A stretch of 64,000 bases of DNA from Felis catus (Eukaryota). The notes under the pieces are model-generated. The model saw only the letters and a program-made list of their open reading frames with translations, was not told the origin of the DNA and did no database searches. A program made the translations under genes and the position numbers. The DNA lies in contig NC_058368.1 of NCBI RefSeq assembly GCF_018350175.1, forward strand, positions 135,100,001 to 135,164,000, read 5' to 3'. Positions 63,704 through 64,000 of the stretch are shown in pieces. Numbering within the stretch: the first letter of the stretch is position 1; the number at the start of each line of letters is the position of its first letter.

Positions 63704-64000
63704 TGCTAAAGTGTGCTTCAATAACAATTCTAAAATATTGTTACTGGCTTAAAATAATAAAAATAATAAAATAATTAAAATAATAAAAGTTTATATCTTG
63801 CTTAAACTACCTATCCAACTTATGTCAGCAAGGGCATGAGTTCCAACATCCACTCAGGGACCCACATTGATGGACTCTCATAATCTTGTAGATATAACAC
63901 CTGGAACACACATTCTTCTAGGGACACATATCACTTCCATTCATGTCTCATTGGCCAAAAACTTGTCACATAGTACCATCTTTGGAACTATAAGAACTAG

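Noticed and set aside
1..64000. Assignment to a named gene locus or exact species
   Set aside because: No exon recognised. The SINEs support Felidae but do not prove Felis catus; a BLAT search against felid assemblies is needed.

Overview
Mammalian non-coding DNA, almost certainly from a felid. The evidence is about 17 tRNA-derived Can-SINEs, most of the feline SINEC_Fc type, many with readable target-site duplications (TSDs). I find no credible protein-coding gene, RNA gene or prokaryote-type system. The ORF track is explained by chance ORFs, SINE or microsatellite read-through and decayed LINE-1 ORF2. The left ~47 kb is unique sequence mixed with ancient repeats (MIR, L2, MaLR/MLT1 LTRs, a MER21-like LTR, hAT MERs). 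It contains several repeat-free islands with dense transcription-factor motifs: DR1+AP-1+HOX/CDX at ~0.4 kb, PBX-HOX+MEIS at ~40.7 kb, ARE+RUNX at ~42 kb, and homeobox-rich blocks at ~18.7, 19.7 and 35.8 kb. These suggest a gene desert or large intron near a developmental regulator (inference only; locus not identified). The right ~17 kb is an AT-rich pile of nested L1 fragments and SINEs. I do not see a demonstrably new biological system. The best leads are candidate enhancers, young and possibly polymorphic SINEs, closely spaced inverted SINE pairs and two putative templated-repair scars. Repeat subfamily names come from remembered consensus sequences and need RepeatMasker/Dfam confirmation; boundaries of old repeats are approximate.
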